A DNA stretch of 64,000 nucleotides from an uncultured Clostridia bacterium (GTDB taxonomy: Bacteria > Bacillota > Clostridia > Christensenellales > UBA1242), in contig CALWTI010000002.1 in the NCBI GenBank assembly GCA_944384425.1, positions 448 through 64,447 of the forward strand. Reading direction: 5' to 3'. The position numbers and the translations under genes are program-made. This document shows positions 54,357-64,000 of this stretch, in pieces. Position 1 is the first letter of the stretch; every line of letters starts with the position of its first letter. Below the pieces are notes generated by a model, which ran no database searches, was not told the DNA's origin, and saw only the letters and a list, made by a program, of their open reading frames with translations.

Positions 54357-55181
54357 ATGGAAAAAGTAAAAACAAAAAGTCGCATTATGACAGCACTTTT
54401 CGCAACACTTGTTTTGGTGTTTGCTCTTATTCTTAGTGCTTGTGGCGGTGAGCCTATTGAAAGGCAAAAAGCACTTGATGCAATAAATGCGGCTATTAGC
54501 ACGGAAGTTGTTGAGTCGGTGGGAGACTATGAAGTGTCAATGACAATGACCATGAAACAAAAACAAGATGCCATGACAACAACAATGAAGCAAACTGCAA
54601 CGCTTAGATATGACGCAGATAACAGTGTTGCATACCAGACAATGAAAGCAGATGTACTGATGAAGTCAACGGGAGCAACAAAAATTGATTCCACAACCAA
54701 AGCTAGCACAGAGTACTATGTGGGCAATATTGAAGGAAGTACATACCAGGTAAACGAAAAAAATAAAGCATATGCACAAAGCTCGACGAGTATTGCATAT
54801 TTGGCTTATGAGTCTACAATCATCACCGTTAGCGCCCCAACGCAAGATGAACTTGAAGTTGAGGGAGATGGTGTAAAAATGAATCTCACTCAAAATGGCG
54901 AGGGTTCATATGACCTAAGATTTGAATTTACCATTGTCACACAACAAGCAACAGAGACACAAAAAGAAGAAAAAACAGTCACTGTTAAAGAATACAAAAT
55001 TCGTGACAACAAAATCAGTGAATATACTGCGAGCGACACCAAATATGTTGACGGCGAACTTGAATCACTACAAGAATTGCACTTTGAGTTTAAATACAAA
55101 GATGTTGAACTTCAAATGCCAGTGACAACACTAACAGAACTTGAAGGATACACAGAACAAGATTTTGATATCAATCTTTAA
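54357..55181 (+). CDS. Hypothetical lipoprotein
   Basis: An RBS GGAGGGA precedes the start. The lipobox is in MEKVKTKSRIMTALFATLVLVFALILSACGG. Confidence 0.7.
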   Translation: MEKVKTKSRIMTALFATLVLVFALILSACGGEPIERQKALDAINAAISTEVVESVGDYEVSMTMTMKQKQDAMTTTMKQTATLRYDADNSVAYQTMKADVLMKSTGATKIDSTTKASTEYYVGNIEGSTYQVNEKNKAYAQSSTSIAYLAYESTIITVSAPTQDELEVEGDGVKMNLTQNGEGSYDLRFEFTIVTQQATETQKEEKTVTVKEYKIRDNKISEYTASDTKYVDGELESLQELHFEFKYKDVELQMPVTTLTELEGYTEQDFDINL

Positions 55182-55193
55182 AAAATAAAAACA

Positions 55194-55221
55194 AAAACCA
55201 CCAAACTTTTGGTGGTTTTTT
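55194..55221. terminator. Bidirectional terminator between the lipoprotein gene and tRNA-Glu
   Basis: The hairpin pairs AAAACCACCAAA with TTTGGTGGTTTT. A/T runs lie on both sides. Confidence 0.7.
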
Positions 55222-55229
55222 AATTTTTT

Positions 55230-55304
55230 TGGTAGCCTTAACGAGATTCGAACTCGTGATTCCACCTTGAGAGGGTGGCGTCTTAACCCCTTGACCATAA
55301 GGCC
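55230..55304 (-). tRNA. tRNA-Glu with anticodon CUC (encoded CCA)
   Basis: The minus strand reads GGCCTTA-TG-GTC-AAGGGGTTAA-GAC-G-CCACC-CTCTCAA-GGTGG-AATC-ACGAG-TTCGAAT-CTCGT-TAAGGCT-ACCA. It aligns position by position with the Firmicute tRNA-Glu layout. Confidence 0.85.
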
Positions 55305-55453
55305 ATGCTATGTAAGAGTACCAAACTATTAGCGTTTTGTCAACAAAAAAGTTCACAAGAAGCGCGTTTTTGTCATATATACTCATGTTTAATGTGCCTT
55401 TTTTTTATTGGTAAATAAAAAATAATGTTGTATAATAAAAATGGAGTTGTTAT

Positions 55454-56008
55454 ATGAAATCTTTAAAACAAAAATTGCCTTTTGTTGTTGCACTTACTGT
55501 TTCGATTATTTCGGTTTTGTGTATGTTTTTTGCATACCTTGTTGTGCCAAACATATCGGGCGTTAACGGTTTTGCTCTTGCAGATGTGAGAGGAATGGGC
55601 GCATGGGGAGTGCTTGCACAAATTTTTCATGTGATTGTGTTTATTCTTGTTGTGTTTATTTTGGCGGTATCACTTCTTGAAATTTTGAGTGCGTTTAAAC
55701 TTGTGAAGTTTGAGGTAACTTTTAGAAAGGTGACATCATACATTTTGATTAAACTTGCAACTATTGTCACAATTTTGTGCTTAACTATTGAAATGCTATT
55801 TTTGTGGTTCACAATTTTGGCAAACAAAGGTCTTGTTTTTGGCGCAGGGGTATTTGTCGAACTAGCGCTATATATTTTGGGCTTTGTGCTTATGTTTTAT
55901 TTTGAGCGCACGGGCGAGTTTGGGGATAAAGAAAAAGTGACGGCAGTGGAGCCTGATGTGATAATTGAAACAGAAGATGACGGCGAAGATGTTGACGAAA
56001 ATGAGTAA
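55454..56008 (+). CDS. Hypothetical multi-TM membrane protein with an acidic tail
   Basis: The 184 aa ORF has five hydrophobic segments. The tail reads EPDVIIETEDDGEDVDENE. Confidence 0.6.
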   Translation: MKSLKQKLPFVVALTVSIISVLCMFFAYLVVPNISGVNGFALADVRGMGAWGVLAQIFHVIVFILVVFILAVSLLEILSAFKLVKFEVTFRKVTSYILIKLATIVTILCLTIEMLFLWFTILANKGLVFGAGVFVELALYILGFVLMFYFERTGEFGDKEKVTAVEPDVIIETEDDGEDVDENE

Positions 56009-56042
56009 AAAGATTTGACAAAACATATTTTTGTTGTATAAT

Positions 56043-56275
56043 TTGTGTGTAATTTATCTATAAGAAAGACACGCAATTTAAACTACTTTTCGTAGAGAAT
56101 GGCGAACGTGGCTGAAATTCGCCTGAAAAGATTTAATATTGTACCACTTTTTTGGATAAGGGATTGTGGCACCAACGCCACAAAACAAGTTGACAAACTT
56201 TTGTTTGTAACTAAGGTGGAACCGCGCGAAAGGTTTTTGCGTCCTTAGAGTTTAACTCTAATGGACTTTTTTTAT
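56043..56275 (+). promoter_or_regulatory. T-box leader (Thr specifier ACC) of thrS, with terminator
   Basis: A TTGACA/TATAAT promoter lies at 56015..56042. Stem I carries the AGAGA...GGCGAACGTGGCTGAAA elements. The candidate specifier ACC followed by A lies at 56153..56156. The T-box sequence AAGGTGGAACCGCG lies at 56213..56226. The terminator TCCTTAGAG-TTTAA-CTCTAATGGA is followed by T7 at 56242..56273. Confidence 0.8.
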
Positions 56276-56290
56276 TTAAAAGGAGAATTT

Positions 56291-58027
56291 ATGGAAAACG
56301 AAGAAAGAAAAGATTTAGAGTACAGGTCAAGACACACGATGTCGCATGTTCTTGCGGCTGCTGTCAAGAGCATTTTTGGTGACGGTGTCAAGTTTGGTAT
56401 TGGACCTGCTATTGACAATGGTTTTTATTATGACTTTGATATGGAGCACAATCTCACACCAGAAGATTTTGACAAGATAGAGGAGAAGATGCACGAAATT
56501 ATCTCGCAAAATCTTGATATGACCAAAAAGGTTATTTCAAAAGACGAAGCACTTGCAATGTTTAAGGACCAACCATACAAAGTTGAACTTATTAACGATT
56601 TGCCACAAGGCAGTGAAATTTCTATTTACAGCCTTGGAGATTTGTTTGTTGACCTATGCAAAGGGCCTCATGTTGAAAACACAAAAGTTTTGAGAAGTTT
56701 TGCTTTCAAGATAAACAGAGTTTCAGGGGCATATTGGCGTGGAAGCGAAAAGAACAAGATGATGCAACGCATCTATGTCTATGGCTTTTTAGACAAGCAA
56801 GAACTAAAAGATTATATTAAAATGCTTGAAGAAGCAGAAAAGCGTGACCACAGAAAACTCGGCAAAGAACTAGGACTATTCTTTTTGTCTGACTATGCAC
56901 CAGGTATGCCATTTTATATGCCAAAAGGCGTGATAATCAAAAACGAACTCATAAAGTATTGGCGTGAAGTCCATCAAAGGGCAGGTTATCTCGAAATTGA
57001 AACTCCTATGGCAATGAACAGAAAACTTTGGGAGATTTCGGGACACTGGGACCACTACCAAAACAATATGTACACTTTCAAAGTTGAAGATGACGACTTT
57101 GCAATAAAGCCAATGAACTGCCCAGGAGGACTTGTATATTACAAAGAAAACTTGCACTCATACAAAGATTTTCCTCTTCGTGTTGCAGAGCTTGGAAAAG
57201 TTCATCGTCAAGAGGCGAGTGGCACGCTTCACGGGCTTTTCCGTGTTAGATGCTTCACACAAGATGATGCACACATATTCTTAAAAGCCGACCAACTTGA
57301 ACAAGAAGTCAAAAACATATTGTCTATTGTTGACGAGATGTATGCAACTTTTGGACTTACCTATCACCTTGAACTTTCAACAATGCCAGAAAGTCATATC
57401 GGCGACATAAAAGATTGGGAGTTTGCAGAGAGCAGTTTGAAGAGTGCGTTAGAGCACATCGGCAAAAGCTATGTCATCAATGAAGGTGACGGTGCGTTCT
57501 ATGGTCCAAAGATAGATATTCACATCAAAGACGCCATAGGCAGAACATGGCAATGCGGAACTATCCAACTTGATATGCAACTTCCAAAGCGTTTTGGTAT
57601 TGACTATGTTGACGAAGACGGCGAAAGAAAAGAACCACTTATGCTTCACCGTGTTATTTATGGTTCAATAGATAGATTTTTGGGTATCATAACTGAAAAC
57701 TATGCAGGGGCTTTTCCAACATGGCTAAGTCCTGTTCAAGTTGAAATTGTGCCAGTAAGCGAAAAGTTCTTAGCGCAATGCGAAGAAATTGAAAAGACAT
57801 TGAAAGACTGTGGTGTCAGAGCAGAACTAGACAGACGCAACGAAAAACTTGGCTACAAACTAAGAAGTGCTATTTCTCAAAAAGTACCATATGTTATTAT
57901 AATGGGTGAAAACGAGATACAAAAAAATGTTGTGTCAGTAAGAAAACGTGGGCAAGCTAACACTGTTGAGTTTGTGCTTAATGACTTTGTTTCACTACTA
58001 AAAAATGAAATTGAAAAAAGGAGATAA
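56291..58027 (+). CDS. thrS: Threonyl-tRNA synthetase, short form starting at the editing domain
   Basis: RSRHTMSHVLAAAVKSIFG is the editing-site His pattern. The class II motifs FRVRCFTQDDAHIF and GAFYGPKID are present, as is an anticodon-binding domain. An RBS AGGAGA favours the ATG at 56291. Confidence 0.92.
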   Translation: MENEERKDLEYRSRHTMSHVLAAAVKSIFGDGVKFGIGPAIDNGFYYDFDMEHNLTPEDFDKIEEKMHEIISQNLDMTKKVISKDEALAMFKDQPYKVELINDLPQGSEISIYSLGDLFVDLCKGPHVENTKVLRSFAFKINRVSGAYWRGSEKNKMMQRIYVYGFLDKQELKDYIKMLEEAEKRDHRKLGKELGLFFLSDYAPGMPFYMPKGVIIKNELIKYWREVHQRAGYLEIETPMAMNRKLWEISGHWDHYQNNMYTFKVEDDDFAIKPMNCPGGLVYYKENLHSYKDFPLRVAELGKVHRQEASGTLHGLFRVRCFTQDDAHIFLKADQLEQEVKNILSIVDEMYATFGLTYHLELSTMPESHIGDIKDWEFAESSLKSALEHIGKSYVINEGDGAFYGPKIDIHIKDAIGRTWQCGTIQLDMQLPKRFGIDYVDEDGERKEPLMLHRVIYGSIDRFLGIITENYAGAFPTWLSPVQVEIVPVSEKFLAQCEEIEKTLKDCGVRAELDRRNEKLGYKLRSAISQKVPYVIIMGENEIQKNVVSVRKRGQANTVEFVLNDFVSLLKNEIEKRR

Positions 58028-58029
58028 CT

Positions 58030-58893
58030 ATGCGCGGAGTAATTGCGTGTGCGGGCAAGAGCACAAGACTTTTCCCATCAACAAAAGTATTGTCAAAACA
58101 ACTTTTGCCACTTTATGACAAACCGCTTATTTACTATCCAATTTCTATGCTTATGAAGGCGGGCATCAAAGAAATTGCAATTATAACAAATGAAGACAAC
58201 TTTGAGCTTTATCAAAAGCAACTTGGCGACGGCAGTGACTTTGGCATAAGTATTCAGTATTTTGTCGACCATAATCCTATGGGTACGATTGGCTCGTTTA
58301 AGGTGACATCAGATTTTGTGCATGGGCAAAAAGTCTGCTTTGTGCTTGGTGACAACTTCTTTTATGGCGACCAGTTTGACGAAGAACTGAAAAAAGCAGT
58401 AGAAGATGGTATGGGTGCGTATGTGTTTGGTTATCCTGTCAAAAATCCTCAGGCATTTGGCGTGGCAGAGTTTGACAAAGAAGGCAAGGTTACAAATCTT
58501 ATTGAAAAGCCAAAAGTCCCACCAAGCAATATGGCAGTTACGGGAATATATGTCTATGACGAAAATTGTCTTGACTATGCCTATAAATGTCCACTCTCAA
58601 AAAGGGGTGAATATGAAGTGACCGACCTTAACAATATGTACTTAAAGCAAGGAAATCTTAAACTTGTCAAACTTAGCAAAAAGAACTATTGGCTTGACGC
58701 AGGCAACAGCGAATCGCTGTTTGTTGCAAGTAAGTATGTTAGAAAGATGATAAAAAAGACCAAGCACCAAATCGGACACTTGGACGAAATTGCATACAAG
58801 TGCGGATACATCTCAAAGCAAAAATTACAGCAAAACTATGAAACGCTGAAAAAGACAGAGTACGGAAAGTATTTAGAAAAGTACTTAAAATAG
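58030..58893 (+). CDS. Glucose-1-phosphate thymidylyltransferase-like sugar nucleotidyltransferase
   Basis: MRGVIACAGKSTRLFPSTKVLSKQLLPLYDKPLIYYPISMLM is present. The overall length is RmlA-like. No rmlBCD genes are nearby. Confidence 0.8.
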   Translation: MRGVIACAGKSTRLFPSTKVLSKQLLPLYDKPLIYYPISMLMKAGIKEIAIITNEDNFELYQKQLGDGSDFGISIQYFVDHNPMGTIGSFKVTSDFVHGQKVCFVLGDNFFYGDQFDEELKKAVEDGMGAYVFGYPVKNPQAFGVAEFDKEGKVTNLIEKPKVPPSNMAVTGIYVYDENCLDYAYKCPLSKRGEYEVTDLNNMYLKQGNLKLVKLSKKNYWLDAGNSESLFVASKYVRKMIKKTKHQIGHLDEIAYKCGYISKQKLQQNYETLKKTEYGKYLEKYLK

Positions 58894-58901
58894 GTGAAAA
58901 T

Positions 58902-59366
58902 ATGTTTGATGAACTAACAAAACAAGATATCGAAAATATGCAAAAAGAAATCGACTATCGAAAAACAGTGGTAAGAGCTGACCTTCATGAAAAAATAATG
59001 GCGGCGAAAGAACTCGGCGACTTTTCTGAAAATTCAGAGCTCCACGAAACCAAGCGTGCAAAGGGCAGAAATGAATCTAGAATTGCCTATCTTGAAAATA
59101 TGATAAAAACTGCAAAGATTGTTGAGCACAGCACAAGAAGTGATATTGTCGGACTTGGAAGCACGGTCACAGTTCGTCTTGACGGAGGGAAAGAGATGAC
59201 ATACCAAATTGTGACAACAATTTCGCAAGACGCACAAAATGGAAAGGTGAGCGTTAAATCTCCTTTTGCAAAAGCAATTTTTGGTAAAAAGGTGGGCGAC
59301 AGGGCAAAAGTTGTCGTAAGCCCCGAATTTAGTTACTTTGTGGAAATTGTGAACATCAAGGCGTAA
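58902..59366 (+). CDS. greA: Transcription elongation factor GreA
   Basis: AAKELGDFSENSELHETKRAKGRNESRIAYLENMI is present. The length is 154 aa. Confidence 0.92.
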   Translation: MFDELTKQDIENMQKEIDYRKTVVRADLHEKIMAAKELGDFSENSELHETKRAKGRNESRIAYLENMIKTAKIVEHSTRSDIVGLGSTVTVRLDGGKEMTYQIVTTISQDAQNGKVSVKSPFAKAIFGKKVGDRAKVVVSPEFSYFVEIVNIKA

Positions 59367-59398
59367 TAAAAAAATATTAAAAAACATACACTAGGCAT

Positions 59399-60166
59399 AT
59401 GGAACTAGTGTATTTTATTTTTCTTGGCATTGTGCAAGGCTTAACCGAATTTTTGCCTGTTTCGTCAAGTGGGCATCTTGTGCTTTTAGATAAAATATTT
59501 GGAGTTGAAACGGGCAACTTCATTTTTGTGTCAATTATGCTACATATTGCAACACTTTTTTCTGTTGTTATATTATATAGAAAAGAAATTTTTGACCTTA
59601 TTCGTCACCCACTTCAAAAAAAAGTCAGATTTTTAGTTGTTTCGACATTTTTCACTGGCGTCGTGTTCCTAACTTTTAAAAGTTTTTTCTTAAACGCTTT
59701 CGGTGGTGGTTTTTTGCCAATTTGTTTTATGGTCACTGCAATACTTTTAATGCTCACATATTTCAAAACGCAAAAACCAAAAATGTACTATGAAATGACA
59801 TATTTAAAGGCGACAGGCATAGGGCTTATGCAGGGCGTGGCAGTACTTCCGGGGATATCAAGAAGTGGCTCAACAATTTTTGCTGGGACAATGCTTGGTC
59901 TTAGTAGTGACGAGGCGACATCTTATTCTTTTATACTAAGCATACCAATTATACTTTTGTCACTTGTGTATGAAGTCTATGAATGTGTGAAAAATAGCAC
60001 TGTAATTTTCACTGGCTCTGTGCCAAGTTTAATCATCTCCATTGTTTTGGCTTTTTTGTGCGGTATTTTTGCAATCAAAATTATGAAAAGATTTGCAAAG
60101 ACAAAAAAGTATTACATCTTTTCAATCTATCTTGCGATAATTTCTATTGTTAGTTGCTTTTTGTAA
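59399..60166 (+). CDS. uppP: Undecaprenyl-diphosphate phosphatase
   Basis: QGLTEFLPVSSSGHLVL and PGISRSGSTI are present. Confidence 0.93.
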   Translation: MELVYFIFLGIVQGLTEFLPVSSSGHLVLLDKIFGVETGNFIFVSIMLHIATLFSVVILYRKEIFDLIRHPLQKKVRFLVVSTFFTGVVFLTFKSFFLNAFGGGFLPICFMVTAILLMLTYFKTQKPKMYYEMTYLKATGIGLMQGVAVLPGISRSGSTIFAGTMLGLSSDEATSYSFILSIPIILLSLVYEVYECVKNSTVIFTGSVPSLIISIVLAFLCGIFAIKIMKRFAKTKKYYIFSIYLAIISIVSCFL

Positions 60167-60241
60167 AGTTATGTAGACTAAAACGCCTATAAAAAATTTG
60201 ATTTTATGGGTGTTTTTGTATATAATACTAAACAAGGGAAT

Positions 60242-62341
60242 ATGGCAGGATATATAATAAATAAAAAAAATAACTCGATTTTGTTTGCCATTATATATAT
60301 GGCATTCTGTTTTTTGTGTATCATATATTCAGAAGTCTTGTTTGCAAATTACTTTTCTCAACCAAAAACATGGCAAGATGTGGCAAGTTACCAATTTGAA
60401 CTTGTTGAACAAAATTTGGAAGATGGAGTTTTGACAAACACATACGGCATTTCAACTCCTGAGCAACTTGCTGGATTGTTTATTATGGACAATAATACAA
60501 ATCAAAGTTCTAATGACAAAAACGTTGTATTCGCGGACAGTATAACAAGCATGGACAATCCTAATGAAGTTTCAAAAATAAATAATGAATATATACTTAT
60601 AAATGATGTTGATATGTCGGGAAGGAATTGGACTCCAACAGAAAATTTCACAAGCATATTCAATGGCAATTATCATGTGATTAGTAATTTGACAATCACA
60701 AGCAGTTCGCTTAACTATGTTGGCATGGTGCAAAAGCTTACAGGAACAATAAAAAATATTTTCCTAAAAAACATTACGGTTACAAACAACAACACTTCAG
60801 ACATATCACAAGGCGGGGCAGGTAGTGTTGCTGGCGAATGTTTTGGCGATATATATAATGTGACGGTTTTAAGTGGCTCAATAACAGGGCCTGCTTATCA
60901 AAACGGTTGTGACCGAAAAACTGGTGGAATTGCAGGGGCATTAACCAATAATGGAGTTATACAAAATTGTATCAATTATGCAACGGTTAGCCGTTCAAAA
61001 GCATCGGGTGGCATAGTTGGCAGGCAATATAACGGCGAAGTCAGTTTTTGTTATAACTATGGTGTAATTTCAAACGATACCGATGCAAAAAATTGCGATC
61101 CAAGTCCACGAGTTGGAGGAATATGCGGAGACAACACATCAAGTGGTGGAAAAATTGTCTTGTGTGTTAACTATGCAGATATTACAATTGGGGTTTTGCC
61201 TGAATCTTGCAATGGCATCATGGTGGGAGGAATTGTTGGAGCCACAGAGCAAACAATTTCAAAGTGTGCAAATTATGGAGATGTCGAGGCGGGGTACCAA
61301 AGAACTGTAGGTGTATTTTCACCACTTACCTATGCTGGTGGCATTGCGGGTTACGCCAATGGATGTAATATATCAAATTGTTATAATATTGCAGATATAA
61401 CAACTTGGGTAGATGAGGCTAATGGAACTGGAATCAAAGTCACTGACAAAAACATATTAAATAAATTTGATTGCACAACTTATAATGATGTTTTGGTTTA
61501 TGAAAATAGCGGTGCGGCATGGTCTTACAAGCAAGAGATGTACTATACGAGAGAAGAGCCAGAAGTAACCGAGTTTAATTTTGCATCATATGGGGGAGGA
61601 ATTGCTGGGTACTGTTCAAATTCTGTTATTGGCTGTTATACGGTTGGTTTGGTAATGGGAGGTGGAGTGCATGGCTACGAAATTTATATATCACAAAGAA
61701 TAAAAACATTTCACTCAGGGCTTTTTGGGGCTGCGGCAGAAACCAAATATAGCGAATGGATGAGTTTTTCGGCAGAATTTGCTGACCAATTATACACACA
61801 GCCAATTGCCAATTGTCCAAATATAGTTTCTTCTTACTATCAATACTCGTCAGATAACGAGTATGGTATCAAGATGTATATAAGAACTGGTAATAATTTT
61901 TTTAATTCTTTAGATTATATTGATAACGCCGCTAATGGTGGGATCGGTGCGGGAATATCTGCTTTTGGTCCTGGAAAAAGTTATTACTTGTACGTTGATA
62001 AATATAGTGGCGTAGGCAGAGTGTCAGGATTTAATTACACAGAAATAAGCGGTGCAGATGAGGGAAATTACAACCCTTCTATGCTAGTGCGTTTTAAAGA
62101 AAAAGATGGAATATTGACTGCGACATCTACCATTGAAGGCTCAAACAAAGATTTATCTAATTCTATCAATTCGGCAACAAACAGTGTAATATTCAGTATG
62201 GAAATTGGAGGGCCAAACCTTGACACTTCTTGCAAAAAACTTGAAAGTGAATTAAAGTCAACACACTTTACCGAAGCATATTGGGCAACAAATGCAGATA
62301 TAAACAATGGCTATCCTTATTTAAAAGAATTGTTTTGGTAA
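60242..62341 (+). CDS. Cell-surface protein with repeated GLUG-type motifs
   Basis: The signal anchor reads ILFAIIYMAFCFLCIIY. At least seven GG(I/V)(A/V/C)G repeats are present (GGIAGAL, GGIVGRQ, GGICGDN, GGIVGAT, GGIAGYA, GGGIAGYC). A terminator-like hairpin at 60183..60220 argues for the ATG at 60242. Confidence 0.65.
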   Translation: MAGYIINKKNNSILFAIIYMAFCFLCIIYSEVLFANYFSQPKTWQDVASYQFELVEQNLEDGVLTNTYGISTPEQLAGLFIMDNNTNQSSNDKNVVFADSITSMDNPNEVSKINNEYILINDVDMSGRNWTPTENFTSIFNGNYHVISNLTITSSSLNYVGMVQKLTGTIKNIFLKNITVTNNNTSDISQGGAGSVAGECFGDIYNVTVLSGSITGPAYQNGCDRKTGGIAGALTNNGVIQNCINYATVSRSKASGGIVGRQYNGEVSFCYNYGVISNDTDAKNCDPSPRVGGICGDNTSSGGKIVLCVNYADITIGVLPESCNGIMVGGIVGATEQTISKCANYGDVEAGYQRTVGVFSPLTYAGGIAGYANGCNISNCYNIADITTWVDEANGTGIKVTDKNILNKFDCTTYNDVLVYENSGAAWSYKQEMYYTREEPEVTEFNFASYGGGIAGYCSNSVIGCYTVGLVMGGGVHGYEIYISQRIKTFHSGLFGAAAETKYSEWMSFSAEFADQLYTQPIANCPNIVSSYYQYSSDNEYGIKMYIRTGNNFFNSLDYIDNAANGGIGAGISAFGPGKSYYLYVDKYSGVGRVSGFNYTEISGADEGNYNPSMLVRFKEKDGILTATSTIEGSNKDLSNSINSATNSVIFSMEIGGPNLDTSCKKLESELKSTHFTEAYWATNADINNGYPYLKELFW

Positions 62342-62427
62342 GAGTTAATGATATGTTGCTTATTGCAAAGTAATTGACTAGAACCTTGGGCGCAATGTAT
62401 AGATAACAAAGTGTGATATTTAAAAAG

Positions 62428-62460
62428 ACGCAAGCAAAAAAGTTTGCGTTTTTTATTTTT
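62428..62460 (+). terminator. Possible terminator after the GLUG-protein gene
   Basis: The hairpin ACGCAA-loop-TTGCGT is followed by a T-run. Confidence 0.45.
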
Positions 62461-62620
62461 TTGGCCTAAAAACAGAAAAATTTTTAGATTTTAGAAAAAA
62501 TTTTTAACCAAAAAAGTATCAAAAACAGCACAAAATACCATACTACGCACCGGGTGTTCACAAAAAGTCAAAAAAAGTGCAAAAAAAGCAAAAAATATTG
62601 AATTTTTTTTGAAAAAGATG

Positions 62621-62650
62621 TTGACATGCCTTTTTTAATTGTGTTAATAT
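62621..62650 (+). promoter_or_regulatory. Putative rRNA promoter driving the 23S gene
   Basis: TTGACA (62621..62626), an 18 nt spacer and TAATAT (62645..62650) are present. An extended -10 TG lies at 62642..62643. An A/T-rich UP-like tract lies upstream. Confidence 0.6.
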
Positions 62651-62852
62651 TGCGGTGTTGCAACTCAGAAAGGAGATGCAATGTGGAGAGTTTGTTCTCC
62701 ACTCAGTACCTTGACAACTGCATAATTTTAGATCAAATATCAGTAATTAATAATTACGAGTAAAATGTAATATGCATAAAACAATTACAATTTGCGTTGA
62801 GTAGATTTAACAAAGCAAAAATGCTGAGAATCAATCGTATATACCTTGATTA

Positions 62853-64000
<1,148 letters not shown>

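Noticed and set aside
62651-62852. A hidden tRNA or a 16S 3' fragment in the 23S leader
   Set aside because: I found no cloverleaf and no anti-Shine-Dalgarno or 16S 3'-end sequence. The CCTTGACAACTGCATAA segment resembles the usual pre-23S processing-stem region only.

Overview
This is a low-GC Bacillota-type chromosomal segment covering the replication-origin neighbourhood. All genes from 8754 to 23494 lie on the minus strand, in the order mscS, dnaA, dnaN, rpmH, rnpA, yidD, yidC, jag, mnmE, mnmG, rsmG, parA, parB. The rest is housekeeping. It includes metK behind a SAM-I riboswitch, tmk, helD, nrdDG with NrdR boxes, maf, clpB, and rpmG-secE-nusG-rplK-rplA. It also includes thrS behind a Thr T-box, greA, uppP, two tRNAs and the 5' 1.1 kb of a 23S rRNA. 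No CRISPR array, IS element, integrase or prophage was recognised. The most notable observations follow.
1. A structured intergenic element of about 100-150 nt is present in 9 copies. Its flanks and loop are conserved and its stems covary. One locus holds a 600 bp array of three copies.
2. Seven parS palindromes, six of them perfect, sit within 740 bp just downstream of parB, next to two perfect DnaA boxes.
3. The dnaA-dnaN spacer carries an AT-rich tract, TAG-type trinucleotide repeats and a DnaA box. It is the likely unwinding site.
4. mnmE is interrupted by an in-frame TAA. It lies next to an AT-rich HipA-like kinase gene inserted into the conserved jag-mnmE operon.
5. A tRNA-Leu with anticodon AAG is followed by a duplicated 3' tRNA fragment, an AAC(6')-like gene and a methyltransferase gene with an internal deletion.
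6. Two paralogous XRE/SLOG (DUF1273-like) divergent cassettes are present. One follows rplA where rplJL would be expected.
7. The 23S rRNA gene has its own promoter and no 16S gene upstream.
All protein calls come from reading the supplied translations for family motifs. No database search was possible.
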